The notes beneath the pieces were generated by a model. The model saw nothing but the letters and a program-made list of their open reading frames with translations, was not told where the DNA came from and searched no databases. A stretch of 64,000 nt of DNA, taken from NCBI GenBank assembly GCA_963827755.1, contig CAWHCQ010000014.1, positions 1 through 64,000 of the forward strand. Reading direction: 5' to 3'. Of the stretch, positions 19,092-32,100 are shown one piece after another; within the stretch, counting starts at the first letter, position 1, and every line of letters begins with the position of its first letter. The position numbers and the translations under genes were made by a program. Source of the stretch: an uncultured Gammaproteobacteria bacterium (GTDB lineage: Bacteria > Pseudomonadota > Gammaproteobacteria > UBA9214).

Positions 19092-19967
19092 ATGAGATTA
19101 CTCACCTATAGACATTTGCTTTTACTACTTACCGGTTTGCTGCTACCTGCTGCAGTCAATGCCATGGAATATTACTGCATGATGGAGCCGCACCGCACGG
19201 TCGAGGTGAAAAGTTCGGTCAACGGCAGGATCGAGGCAATATATGTCGAGCGCAGTGATCTTATTACTTCCGGTCAGCCACTGGTGGAATTCGAGTCCAA
19301 GGTAGAGAAGGCCACGGTGGAGCTGGCACGCGCCAAGGTTGAAATGCGCGCCGAATACGACAGCAGCCGGGTTAGCCACCGTTTCGCAGTTCGCAAACTG
19401 GGACGTTTCGACGGCCTGGCGGAAGAGGGCGTGGTGGCGGTACAGATCAAGGATGAAGTGGAGACCGAGGCCGCACTTGCCAGGTTGCAAATGCTCCAGG
19501 CAAAGGAAAACAAGCGCCTTGCCGAGCTGGAACTGGATCGCGCCCTTGCCGTGCTCAGCCACCACACAGTCATCAGTCCGTTGACCGGGGTCGTGGTCGA
19601 GCGGCTCAAATCACCGGGTGATTACGCGGAAGACGGGGCAATTATAAAGGTCGCGCAGCTGGATCCACTCAATATCGAGGTGCTGCTGCCTGCCTCGAAA
19701 TTTGGCACCATCAAGCCGGGTATGAAGGCACGCGTAACCCCGGAACTCGGAAGCGCGGGCAGTTATACTGCCGAAGTGAAGATTGTCGATCGCGTCGTGG
19801 ATGCCTCGAGTGGCATGTTCGGCGTGCGCCTGGAGCTGCCCAATCCAGACAACAAGTTGCCGGGTGGCCTGAAATGCTCACTCAATTTTGACGGTGACAG
19901 CAGCCGGAGCCTGTCCGGTAATTCCCCGGTGATCGGTACGGCCGAGTTTGACCTGGCCAAAAAATAG
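19092..19967 (+). CDS. Efflux RND-type periplasmic adaptor (MFP) subunit
   Basis: Signal peptide; VKSSVNGRIEAIYVERSD, ISPLTGVVVER, VVDASSGMFGVRLELPNPD..LPGG. Confidence 0.85.
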   Translation: MRLLTYRHLLLLLTGLLLPAAVNAMEYYCMMEPHRTVEVKSSVNGRIEAIYVERSDLITSGQPLVEFESKVEKATVELARAKVEMRAEYDSSRVSHRFAVRKLGRFDGLAEEGVVAVQIKDEVETEAALARLQMLQAKENKRLAELELDRALAVLSHHTVISPLTGVVVERLKSPGDYAEDGAIIKVAQLDPLNIEVLLPASKFGTIKPGMKARVTPELGSAGSYTAEVKIVDRVVDASSGMFGVRLELPNPDNKLPGGLKCSLNFDGDSSRSLSGNSPVIGTAEFDLAKK

Positions 19968-20041
19968 CACCTCACCCGCACCTCACCAGCACCCCACTGC
20001 TAATCTAGCACCATTATGGTGCGGTATATTCCTGTTCACCT

Positions 20042-20068
20042 TCAAGTATTTCAATATTTTGCCGATTT
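20042..20068 (+). promoter_or_regulatory. Sigma28 (FliA)-like promoter of the giant-protein gene
   Basis: TCAA(G)-N15-GCCGATTT, 86 nt upstream of ATG 20155. Confidence 0.5.
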
Positions 20069-20154
20069 CTGTTCTGTGATGTTGCGCCTGGTTTTTTCAT
20101 AAAGCTGCGACACCCGGCGCTATGTGCCGGAAACAGGTTGTTCTTGGCAAGGAA

Positions 20155-23100
20155 ATGGCGAAAAAAGACAAACAGAAAAAAAGATACAAAAGCAAACCTT
20201 TACTGGAAGCGGTCGAACCACGCCTGCTGTTTTCAGCGGGACTCGAAGGTGTGCTCGCGGCCGAGCATGTGCAGGCGCCGGCGGACGACTACAGTCAGGC
20301 GGTGGTGGAGCAGGGCAATGCCAGCAGCACTCCGGAAACCAGTGAGTTCAGCGACGCCGATGTTCGTGTCGAGCTGATTTTTGTCGACACAGATACGCCG
20401 GAATATCAAAAACTGCTGTCGGACCTGCTCGTCTACCCGGACAACACCACGACCTACCAGGTGTTTGAACTCGATAATACCCAGGATGGCATCATACAGA
20501 TCAGTTCTGTCCTGAGCGGCTATGACAATGTCAGTGCAATACACATCCTCTCACACGGGTCGGAGGGTACCATCGACCTGGGTGGCGGTACGCTGGACAG
20601 CGACACACTGGCTGCCAATGCGGATCTGATCCGTTCCTGGGGCGGTGCCTTTAGCGATAATGCCGACATCCTTATATACGGCTGTAATCTCGCGGCAAGC
20701 GAGGCGGGCCAGTCGCTGGTCGGCAGCCTGGCCGGCATCACCGGCGCCGATGTCGCGGCCTCCGATGACATTACCGGCAGCGCAGCGCTGGGCGGTGACT
20801 GGGACCTGGAATACCAGGTCGGGCAGGTGGACGCTGTTCTGTCCACCGACGACAGCGTGCGCATCGAGTGGTCGGGGACGCTCGACAGCAGCGAGGTGGC
20901 GGCCAACTCCCTGACCACGCCGCTGGCCTTCGAGGCCAACGTTGGCCAGACCGATGCCCGAGTGGACTTCCTGGCGCGCGGCAGTGGTTACAGCGTGTTC
21001 CTCAGCGACGGCGATGCCGTGCTCGCGCTGCAGGAGGGGGACGGCGGACATGCCATTCACCTCGACCTGGTCGGCGGTGACAGCGATGCCGCGGTGAGCG
21101 GCGAGGACCTGCTCGGCAGTTACAGCAATTACCTCATCGGCAGCGATTCGGATGCCTGGCAGAGCAGTGTCGAAAATCACGCGGCTGTCGTGTACTCCGA
21201 CGTCTACAATGGCATCGACGTGCGCTACTACGGCAACCAGCGCCAGTTCGAGTACGACTTCATCGTCGCCGCCGGTGCCGATACCAGCCAGATACAACTT
21301 GCATTCGACGGTGTCGCCTCGATCAGCCTGGCCGACAATGGCGATCTCCTTTTGACACTGAACGCGCAGGGCGACCAGATCACCTTCAAGGCACCGATCG
21401 CCTTTCAGCTTGCCGCTGACGGCAGCCGCGAGGCGGTCGCAAGCCAGTACGAGATCAACGAAGACGGCAGCGTGGGTTTCGCGCTTGGCGAGTACGATGC
21501 GAGCCGCACGCTGGTTATCGACCCGATACTCAGCTGGGCCAGCTACTTCGGCGGCACCGGGACCGAATCGATCATCAGATATCGCGCTGGATGCCGGCGG
21601 CAATGTCTATGTCACCGGCAGCGCCTCGATTCCCGCGACCCTGCCCATCACGGCCGGGCCGTTCGGTACGCCCGGGGCGCAGGACGCCTTCGTGGCGAAG
21701 TTCAGCAACGACGGCAGCACGCTGCTGTATTCGACCTATTTCGGCGGCGGCTCCGCGGACACGGCAAGCGGCATCGTCGTCGACAGTGCGGGCAACATCT
21801 ATGTTGCGGGCAACACCTACTCGAATAACTTTCCCACGATCAATGGCAACGACACCGCGATCGCCGGCAGCAAGGATGCCTACGTGGTCAAGCTCAACGC
21901 GGCAGGCACTGCCATCGTCTACGGCAGCTACCTCGGCGGCAGCGGCAGCAACGGCGAATCGGTCGGCGGCATCGCGCTCGACCCGTCGGGCGCGGGGCGC
22001 GTGGTGGTCGCAGGCGACACCGACTCCAACAATCTGCCCACCAAGAATGCCTACGACACCACGCTGGGCGGCATCTACGACGGCTTCATCGCGGCCTACG
22101 ACACCACGCTGACCGGGACCGCTTCGCTGCTCTACTCGAGCTACTTCGGCGGCAGCAACGGCGGCGGCGGCACCGGCAACGAGTCGCTCAACGCGACTCG
22201 CCGTCGACGCCGCGGGCAATATCTACCTGACCGGACACAGCTCCGCGACCAGCGAATTCCCGCTAACGGCCAACGCCTTTGATGCCACCACGCCGACGAG
22301 CAACGACGCCTATGTCACAAAACTGAAGTGGAACGGCGGCACCAGCTGGAGCACCTTGTACAGCAGCTACATCGCTTCCGATGTCGTCGGCTCGAGCGAA
22401 TGTGGGCGAAGCCATCGCGGTGGATGCTTCGGGTTACATCTACGTGGCCGGCAAGGTCAGCAGCAGCGGCTTCCCCACGAAGAATGCCTATGACACGAGC
22501 GCGCAACGGCAGCACCGACGTGTTCATCGCGAAGTTCGACCCGGCCGCCGCGACCGGCCCCGACTCGCTCGTCTACTCCACCTACTTTGGCGGCAGCGGC
22601 AGGGACTATGTGAACGACCTCGCGGTGGATGCGAGCGGCAACGTTTATGCGACCGGATACACGAACTCCGGCAACCTTCCCCTGACCGGAGATGCCCACG
22701 ACAGTGTACTCAGCGGTACGACCGATGCCTTCGTTATCATCCTGGGCGCCGGCGGAAACACGCTGGACTACTCGACCTACCTGGGCGGCGATGCCACCGA
22801 GACCGGCTATGCCCTCGCCCTGGATGCGAACAACAACATCTACATCGGCGGCAACACCGGATCGAACACCGGGCTCGCCACGGGCGGCGTCTACGACAAC
22901 AGCTACAACGGCTCGACCGACGGTTTCGTGGCCAAGTTGCTGGCCAACCGCGACCCCGTTGCGACGGACAATGTCTACACGACCAGTGAAGGCGTGGCCG
23001 TCGGCGGCAACGTCATCACAGACGACACCGGCGCCGGTATCGACAGCGATCCCGATACCGACCCGTTGACCGCCAGCCTGCTCGACGGCCCGCTGCACGG

Positions 23101-26100
23101 CACGCTGGTCCTGAATCCAGACGGCACCTTTACCTACACGCCCTTCGACACACCGACCACGAACTTCGCCGACACCGACAGCTTCACCTACCAGGTGAAC
23201 GACGGCAAGGGCGGCACCGACACCGCCACGGTGACGATCACGGTTACGCCCGATGCCAACAACGAGGCCCCGGTGAACAGCGTGCCGGGTGCGCAGACCA
23301 CGGGACAGGACATACCGCTGGTGTTTTCGGAGGCGAACGGCAACCGGATCCTGGTCCGCGACGACGCAGGGGGCAACGCAATCGAGGTCACCCTTACCGC
23401 GACCAATGGCAGCTTGAGCCTGGATTGGCCTTCGTCAGCACCTGTCACTGAGGGAGCGGAGACCCCCGTCAACACCTACACGACGAACGTACAGACCACC
23501 CAGCAGGGTTTTGCCAGCGCCGAGTCCGTTGCCATGGATGCCAGCGGCAACTATGTGGTCGTATGGGAGAGCGTGGGCCAGGATGGCGATTTAAGCGGAA
23601 CTTACGCGCAACTCTACAACGCGGACGGGACCACCAACGGGGCCGAATTCCGCGTCAACATCACCACTACGGGGAATCAGCGAGAACCAACCGTTGCCAT
23701 GGATGATGCCGGAAATTTCGTAGTGGTGTGGACCGGAAACGGCGTGGGTGATAGCGCCGGTATCTTCTACCGGCGCTACGACGCCGCTGGCAATGCATTG
23801 GACGCTACCGATCAACTGGTCAATACCACAACGAATTCGACACAAAGAAGCCCCGCCGTGGCGATGGACGGGAACGGTGACTTCGTCATCGCCTGGTCCG
23901 GGGAAGGCAGCGGTGATGACGATGGGGTCTTTTACCGGCGCTACGACGCAAGCGGTACGGCCCAGGACGCTGCCGAGGTAAAAGTAAACACCACGACGGA
24001 CCAGGTGCAGCGCCAGCCGGCGCTGGCCATGGATCCGGCGGGTAACTTCGTCGTGAGCTGGAGCAGCGACGATGATCCGTCCAATTCTGACGACTGGAAC
24101 GTACACCTGCAGCGTTATGATGTAAACGGTAATGCCGTTGGCGGCAACATCCTGGTCAACAGCTATACGACAGATGCCCAGTTCGACTCGTCGGTGGCTA
24201 TGGATGCCGACAGTAACGTCATCGTTACCTGGGAAAGCGATGACGACCCTTCTAATTCCGACGACTTCAATATCTACCTGCAGCGTTACGACGCCGCGGG
24301 TAATACGATCGGGGTCAATACCCTGGTCAATTCCACCACCGCGCAGGATCAACGCGATCCCTCGGTCGCCGTCGATGCCGCGGGTCACTTTGCCGTCACC
24401 TGGGCGAGCGACGACGATGCTACGGCCGGCAACGAATGGAACATCTACCTGCAGAAATACGACGCCGCCGGTACAACGGTCGGACTGGAGACCCGGGTCA
24501 ATTCCACCATCTCGGGCGATCAGCAGGGCGCGTCGATCGCCATGTCGGCCTCTGGCGATTTTGTCATCGCCTGGAACGGCGAGGGCGGCAGCGACCCCGA
24601 CGGCATATATTCCCAGAGGTACACCGGCGGCACCGGGCTGAGCTTTACATCGGGTGATGGCGGGAATAACGGCACCATGACCATTACGGGCAGTGTTGCA
24701 GACATCAACGCGGCCCTCGATGGCCTGATCTTCACACCCGATGCCGGCTACCTGGGTGCCGCCAGTTTGCTGGTCGAGACCAACGACCTCGGCAATGCCC
24801 CGGTGGCCGCGCCGCAGACCGACAGCGACCTCATCAACATCAATGTGATCGACGGTCAACGACCCGCCGGTCAACACGGTGCCGGGCGCCCAGACCATCG
24901 ACATCGACGGCATGCTGCTGTTCTCCTCGGCAACGAGCACGACGCTCAGCGTCAGCGACCCGGATGCGGGCACCGTCCAGGTGACGCTGACAGCGACCAA
25001 CGGCACGGTCAATCTCTCGCGCCAGGCCGGGCTGAGCTTCAGCGACGGCGACGGGACGGACGACGAAACCATGACCTTCACCGGTACGGTGGCCGACATC
25101 AACGCGGCACTGGAAGGTGCGACCTTTGCCGCGACGGCGGGTTTCACGGGCACGGCGAGCGTGCAGATCGTCACCGACGACCAGGGCAACACCGGCTTCG
25201 GCGGCGCACAAAGCGACACCGATTCCGTCAGCATCACCGTCAACGCGGCCGACCAGGCACTGTGGATGACCTTCGAGAACGACGAGGGCGGGACCGGCAA
25301 CACCGATATCCCGTCGATCACCGGCGGTGACGTGGTGAACTTCGGCGGCACCATGAGCTTCGAGCCGGGCACTACCTCGGGCACCTTCTCCTACCAGTTC
25401 AACCTGGACTCGATTGCGGGCACGGACGGAAATACCACAGTCAGCGCCGTGCACTATGTCTCGCAGGACATCCAGGTCGGCACCAACAGCATCCAGCTCT
25501 ATGCCGGCGACCTGCTGCTCTCGACCAATGAAGACGAGACGATCAGTGGCATCACCTATTTTAAAGAAGATGTGTTCGTCTTCCGTCCGACCACGGCCGG
25601 TGATTACAGTGCCGGCAGCTTTTTCCGCCTGATCGACGGCAAGAACGATACGGGGTGGGGCAACGTCACCGGTATTACGCTGGTCGAGCAGACCACCGTG
25701 GTCGGGGCCGGGGCCGGGGCCGTCACCCTGAACCCGGGCGATTTCCTGGTCGCCCATGCTGGCGCGACCAAGGATATCCACCGCTTTGTACCCGGCACCC
25801 TGGGCGATACGACGAGCGGTACGACCTCGCTGCTCATCGATGGCAGCGACATCAGTATCGGACCAGAACATCGGCGGCATCCATCTCGTGCAGGCAGATA
25901 CCGAGATCGGCGGCTTTTCACTCAGCGCCGGCCAGCTGTTGATCTCGCTACAGAGCAACGATACGACGGTCGGTGATACACCGACCATCGATGTAAAGCG
26001 GCAGGACATCTTTGTCCTCGATGTAACGGTAACGGAGCCGGGCGGTGGCCCCACGGCCGCGACCGCCACCCGTTTCTTCGAAGGCCTGGACGAGAGCCTC

Positions 26101-29100
26101 AACAACAACAACGAGAGCATCTGGGGCATCGGCTTCCAGGGCAACGGGGCGCCAACCGTCACCGCCGCAACCCTGAATGTCGATGAGAACAGCGCCAACG
26201 CCACGGTGGTCGGCAGCGTCAGCGCCTCGGACCCGGAGACGGATCCGATGAACTACGCCATCACGGCCGGTAACACCGACGGGGCGTTTACCATCGATGC
26301 CATCACCGGCCAGATCACGGTGGCCAACAGCGCGGTGCTCGATTTCGAGACCACGCCGGTGTTTACGCTCACCGTGGCCGCGATCGATGACAAGGGCGCC
26401 TACGGCACGGCGACCATCACCATCAATCTCAACGACCTCAACGAGGCCCCGGTTAACAATGTACCTGGCGCTCAATCGACCAATGAAGACACCGCCCTGG
26501 TGTTTAACGACGCCAACCTGAACAAGATTTCGATCAGCGATGTGGATGCCGGCACTGATCAAGTGGAAGTCACACTCAGCGTCAACGACGGCATACTGAC
26601 CTTGTCTGGCACCACAGGACTTACCTTTGTTACCGGCAGCAACGGCAGTGCCACTATGACTATTTCAGGCACGCTGTTGAATATAAATACCGCGCTGGAT
26701 GGTTTGACCTTCATGCCGGATCTGAATTTCAATGGGTCTGATTCATTGCAGATCACCACGCACGACGATGCCACATTGCTGGGATACTATTCATTTGATG
26801 ATGCCGGTAATCCCGGTGCGGATGACGGCGCGGGTACGCCTGATGACGGAACGGTAAACGGCGCAACGTCGGTAAACGATGCAACGCGCGGCAATGTATT
26901 GAGCTTCGATGGTGATGACTCTGTTCAAATTAGCGGGCACTTCGGCGATCCTGCCAATATAACGCTGTCGGCATGGGTCGACCTCACCGCGGCGGATACA
27001 AACGGTGCCGATGTCATCTCCCTCGGTGATAGCGTTATTCTGCGCTATGCCGATTGGAGCGGAGGCAGTGTGCGAGGCGCCTATTACGACGGTGCGACCT
27101 GGCAGGAACTCTCTTTTTCAAACAACCTGGTGGGTGCGGGGTGGCACCATGTCGCCTATTCCGTTGACGATACAAGCAACCTGCACACGCTCTATCTGGA
27201 CGGTGTTGCCGTCGATTCGGGCGCCATGACAGGCTCAATCGACTATACGCTGGGAGCAGATACTTTCATTGGCGCCCACGGCGATGGCGATCCGTTGTGG
27301 GATGTAATCGGGCAAGTGGACGATGCACGCATCTATGACCGCGCATTAGGCGCTGCGGAAATTGCAGGCATTATGAATTCTGTATCCGGGAAAGACAGCG
27401 ATAGCGTCGCTATCACAGTAAACCCGGTCAACGACGCGCCTGTCGCCTATGCGGACGAGGTGCACGTCGACGAAGGTGGTACCGTCACGGCACTGGATAA
27501 CATATTTCTGGCCAGCGCCAATATTGCATCAGGCGTCACCAATGCCGCAGCTGTTACATCAGCCGATCTGGACGGCGACGGCGATCTTGACATTGTTGCG
27601 GCTATCGAAGGCACCTTTACGGGTCAGATCGTCTGGTATGAATACATCGGTGCCGGAAACTTCACCTCTCACGCTGTTTCGGCCGCGACCCTGGGGAATC
27701 CCGTCGATGTCTTTACCGCCGACCTGGACGGCGATGGTGATGCCGATGTGTTGTCCGCCAGTCGGGGCGGCGGACAAATCCATTGGTTCGAAAACGACGG
27801 TGCCGGCAACTTCACTACGCACCTTATTACCAGCAGTGAATCGAACTACCTCACAGTATCGGCGGTAGATCTGGATGGCGATTTCGATATTGACGTAATC
27901 AGCGGCGACAGCGTCTCCGGCAAGGTTGAATGGCATATTAACGACGGCAGCGGCAATTTCACGGCAGATCAGCTGATTGCCAACACAGCGACCAATGTCT
28001 TTTCTGTGGATTATGCGGACATGGATGGTGATGGCGACCAGGACGTGTTATCCGCCCAGTTCGATGCCGACACCCTCACCTGGTATGAAAACCTGGGCGG
28101 TGGCAGTTTCAGCACCCATGATATTTCGGTAACACTGAATGGCGCGATCGACGTCAGTGCGGGCGATATCGATGGCGACGGTGACGCCGACGTTCTGTCT
28201 GCCGCCTACTACGATGGCAAGATCACCTGGTGGGAAAACGACGGTTCAGGCAATCTCACCGCGCACGATATCAGTGCCACAGGCGCCTGGTCGGTAGAGG
28301 CAAATGATATCGACGGCGATGGTGATCTGGACCTGCTCGCCGCGCAAGATACCGCTGATCCGCTGCATTGGTACGAAAATGATGGCAGCGGCACCTTTGC
28401 CGAACATATCGTCGCCGGTGCGACAAGCGGCGCCGGCCCTGCGACTGCCCTGGATGTGGACAACGATGGCGACAAGGATATCGTCACCGCCGATTATTCC
28501 AACGACTCGATTGATTGGCACGAAAACGTTGTGACCAACTCAATTGTACTCACTAACGACGTCGACACTCGACGGCGATGCCTTGACTGCCACGCTGGTA
28601 AGCGGGCCGAGCCACGCCGCCAGTTTCAGCCTGAACCCCGACGGGACCTTCAGCTACACCCACGACGGTTCGGAGAACTTTACTGACAGCTTCACCTACA
28701 AGGCGAACGACGGCACCGTCGACTCGAACATAACCACTGTTGTCATCATTATCGACCCGGTGAACGATGATCCTGTCATCGCGGTGGTTGATGTGGTAGA
28801 CAACATCACTGAAAACGCAGCACGCTGATCGACAGCGGCTCGATCACCTTTAGCCGATCCCGAGCTGACCGATTCAGCCGACGGCAACGGAGGTGACCAA
28901 GTCCGTAACCAACGACGCTGACACTGACGGCCGCCGCAACAGACGGCGATCGAGGATGCCTTCACCATCAGCGCCGACGCCGGGCAACACTAACAACGGC
29001 ATCATCAACTGGGACTACACCATCACTGAAGGCTGAGCTCGACTTCCTGGCAGATGGCGAGACGGTCACGGTCGTCTACACGATCACCGTGGATGACGCC

Positions 29101-32100
29101 AACGGCGGCACCGACACCCAGGACGTGACGGTCACCATCACCGGCGCGAACGATGCACCGGTCATTGCCGTGGTCGATGTCGCAGGCAGCCATCACCGAG
29201 GGCACCACGCTCACCGATGCCGGCTCGATCACCTTTACCGATCTCGACCTGACCGATACACCGACGGCGACTGAAGTGACCAAGTCGGTCACCACCACCC
29301 TGACGCTGACGGCGGCACAGCAAACCGCGATCGAAGATGCCTTCACCATCAGTCCGGATGCCGGCAACACCAACAACGGTACCATCAACTGGGATTACAC
29401 GATCACCGAGGCCGAGCTGGACTTCCTCGCCGCGGGTGAGACAGTCACGGTCGTCTACACGATTACCGTCGATGACGCCAACGGCGGCACGGATACCCAG
29501 GATGTGACGGTCACCATCACCGGTGCGAACGATGCCCCGGTCATTGCCGTGGTCGATGTGGATGCCACCATCACCGAGGGCACCACGCTGACTGATGCCG
29601 GTTCGATCACCTTTACCGATCTCGACCTGACCGATACACCGACGGCGACTGAAGTGACCAAGTCCGTGACCACGACGCTGACGCTGACGGCCGCGCAGCA
29701 GACGGCCATCGAGGATGCCTTCACCATCAGTCCGGATGCCGGCAATACCAACAACGGTACCATCAACTGGGACTACACGATCACCGAGGCCGAACTGGAC
29801 TTCCTCGCCGCGGGTGAGACGGTCACGGTGGTCTACACGATCACCGTCGATGACGGCAACGGCGGCACGGATACCCAGGATGTGACGGTCACGATCACCG
29901 GCGCGAACGATGCCCCGGTCATTGCGGTGGTCGATGTGGATGCCACCATCACCGAAGGCACCACGCTGACCGACAGCGGTTCGATCACCTTTACCGATCT
30001 CGACCTGACCGATACGCCGACGGCGACCGAGGTGACCAAGTCCGTGACCACGGCGCTGACCCTGACGGCCGCGCAGCAGACCGCGATCGAGGATGCCTTC
30101 ACCATCAGTCCCGATGCCGGCAATACCAACAACGGCACCATCAACTGGGATTACACCATCACCGAGGCCGAACTGGACTTCCTGGCTGCGGGCGAGACGG
30201 TCACGGTGGTCTACACCATCACCGTGATGACGCCAACGGCGGCACCGACACCCAGGATGTGACGGTCACCATCACCGGCGCGAACGATGCCCCGGTCATC
30301 GCGGTCGTCGATGTGGCAGGCGCCATCACCGAGGGCACCACGCTGACTGATGCCGGTTCGATCACCTTTACCGATCTCGACCTGACCGATACGCCGACGG
30401 CCACCGAGGTCACCAAGTCCGTGACCACGGCGCTGACCCTGACGGCGGCGCAGCAGACGGCGATCGAGGATGCCTTCACCATCAGCCCGGATGCGGGCAA
30501 TACCAACAACGGCACCATCAACTGGGATTACACCATCACCGAGGCCGAGCTCGACTTCCTCGCCGCCGGCGAGACGGTCACGGTGGTCTACACGATCACC
30601 GTCGATGACGCCAACGGCGGCACCGACACCCAGGATGTGACGGTCACGATCACCGGCGCCAACGACGCCCCGGTCATCGCGGTTGTCGATGTGGCAGGCA
30701 GTATCACCGAGGGCACGACACTGACTGATGCGGTTCGATCACCTTTACCGATCTGGACCTGACCGATACACCGACGGCAACGGAAGTGACCAAGTCCGTG
30801 ACCACGGCGCTGACGCTGACGGCCGCGCAGCAGACGGCGATCGAGGATGCCTTCACCATCAGTCCCGATGCCGGCAATACCAACAACGGCACCATCAACT
30901 GGGATTACACCATCACCGAGGCCGAACTCGACTTCCTCGCCGCGGGTGAGACGGTCACGGTGGTCTACACGATCACCGTCGATGACGCCAACGGCGGCAC
31001 CGACACCCAGGATGTGACGGTCACCATCACCGGCGCCAATGACGCCCCGGTCATCGCCGTTGTCGATGTGACCGGCAGTATCACCGAGGGCACGCACGCT
31101 CACTGACAGTGGCTCGATCACCTTTACCGATCTCGACCTGACCGATACACCGACGGCAACGGAAGTGACCAAGTCCGTGACCACGGCGCTGACGCTGACG
31201 GCCGCGCAGCAGACCGCGATCGAGGACGCCTTCACCATCAGTCCGGATGCCGGCAACACCAACAACGGCACCATCAACTGGGACTACACCATCACCGAGG
31301 CCGAGCTCGACTTCCTCGCCGCCGGCGAGACGGTCACGGTGGTCTACACGATCACGGTCAATGACGCCAACGGCGGCACCGACACCCAGGATGTGACGGT
31401 CACCATCACCGGCGCCAACGACGCCCCGGTCATCGCCGTCGTCGATGTGGCCGGCAGTATCACCGAGGGCACGACACTCACTGACAGTGGTTCGATCACC
31501 TTTACCGATCTCGACCTGACCGATACGCCGACGGCGAGCGAGGTCACCAAGTCCGTGACCACGGCACTGACCCTGACGGCCGCGCAGCAGACCGCGATCG
31601 AGGATGCCTTTACCATCAGCCCGGATGCCGGCAACACCAACAACGGCACCATCAACTGGGATTACACCATCACCGAGGCCGAGCTCGACTTCCTCGCTGC
31701 GGGCGAAACAGTCACGGTCGTGTTCACCATTACCGTGGACGATGCTAACGGCGGCACCGATACCCAGGATGTGACCATCACTATCACGGGTAGTAATGAT
31801 GCCCCGGTCATTGCAGTCGTTGATGTCGCAGGCACCATTACCGAGGGCACCACGCTGAGTGATGCTGGTTCGATCACCTTTACCGATCTCGACCTGACCG
31901 ATACACCGACGGCCACCGAGGTCACCAAGTCCGTGACCACGGCGCTGACCCTGACGGCCGCGCAGCAGAGTGCGATCGAGGATGCATTCACTATCAGTGC
32001 AGCAGGGGGCAATACCAACAACGGCACCATCAACTGGGACTACACCATCACCGAGGCCGAGCTGGACTTCCTGGCCGCGGGCGAGACAGTCACGGTGGTC

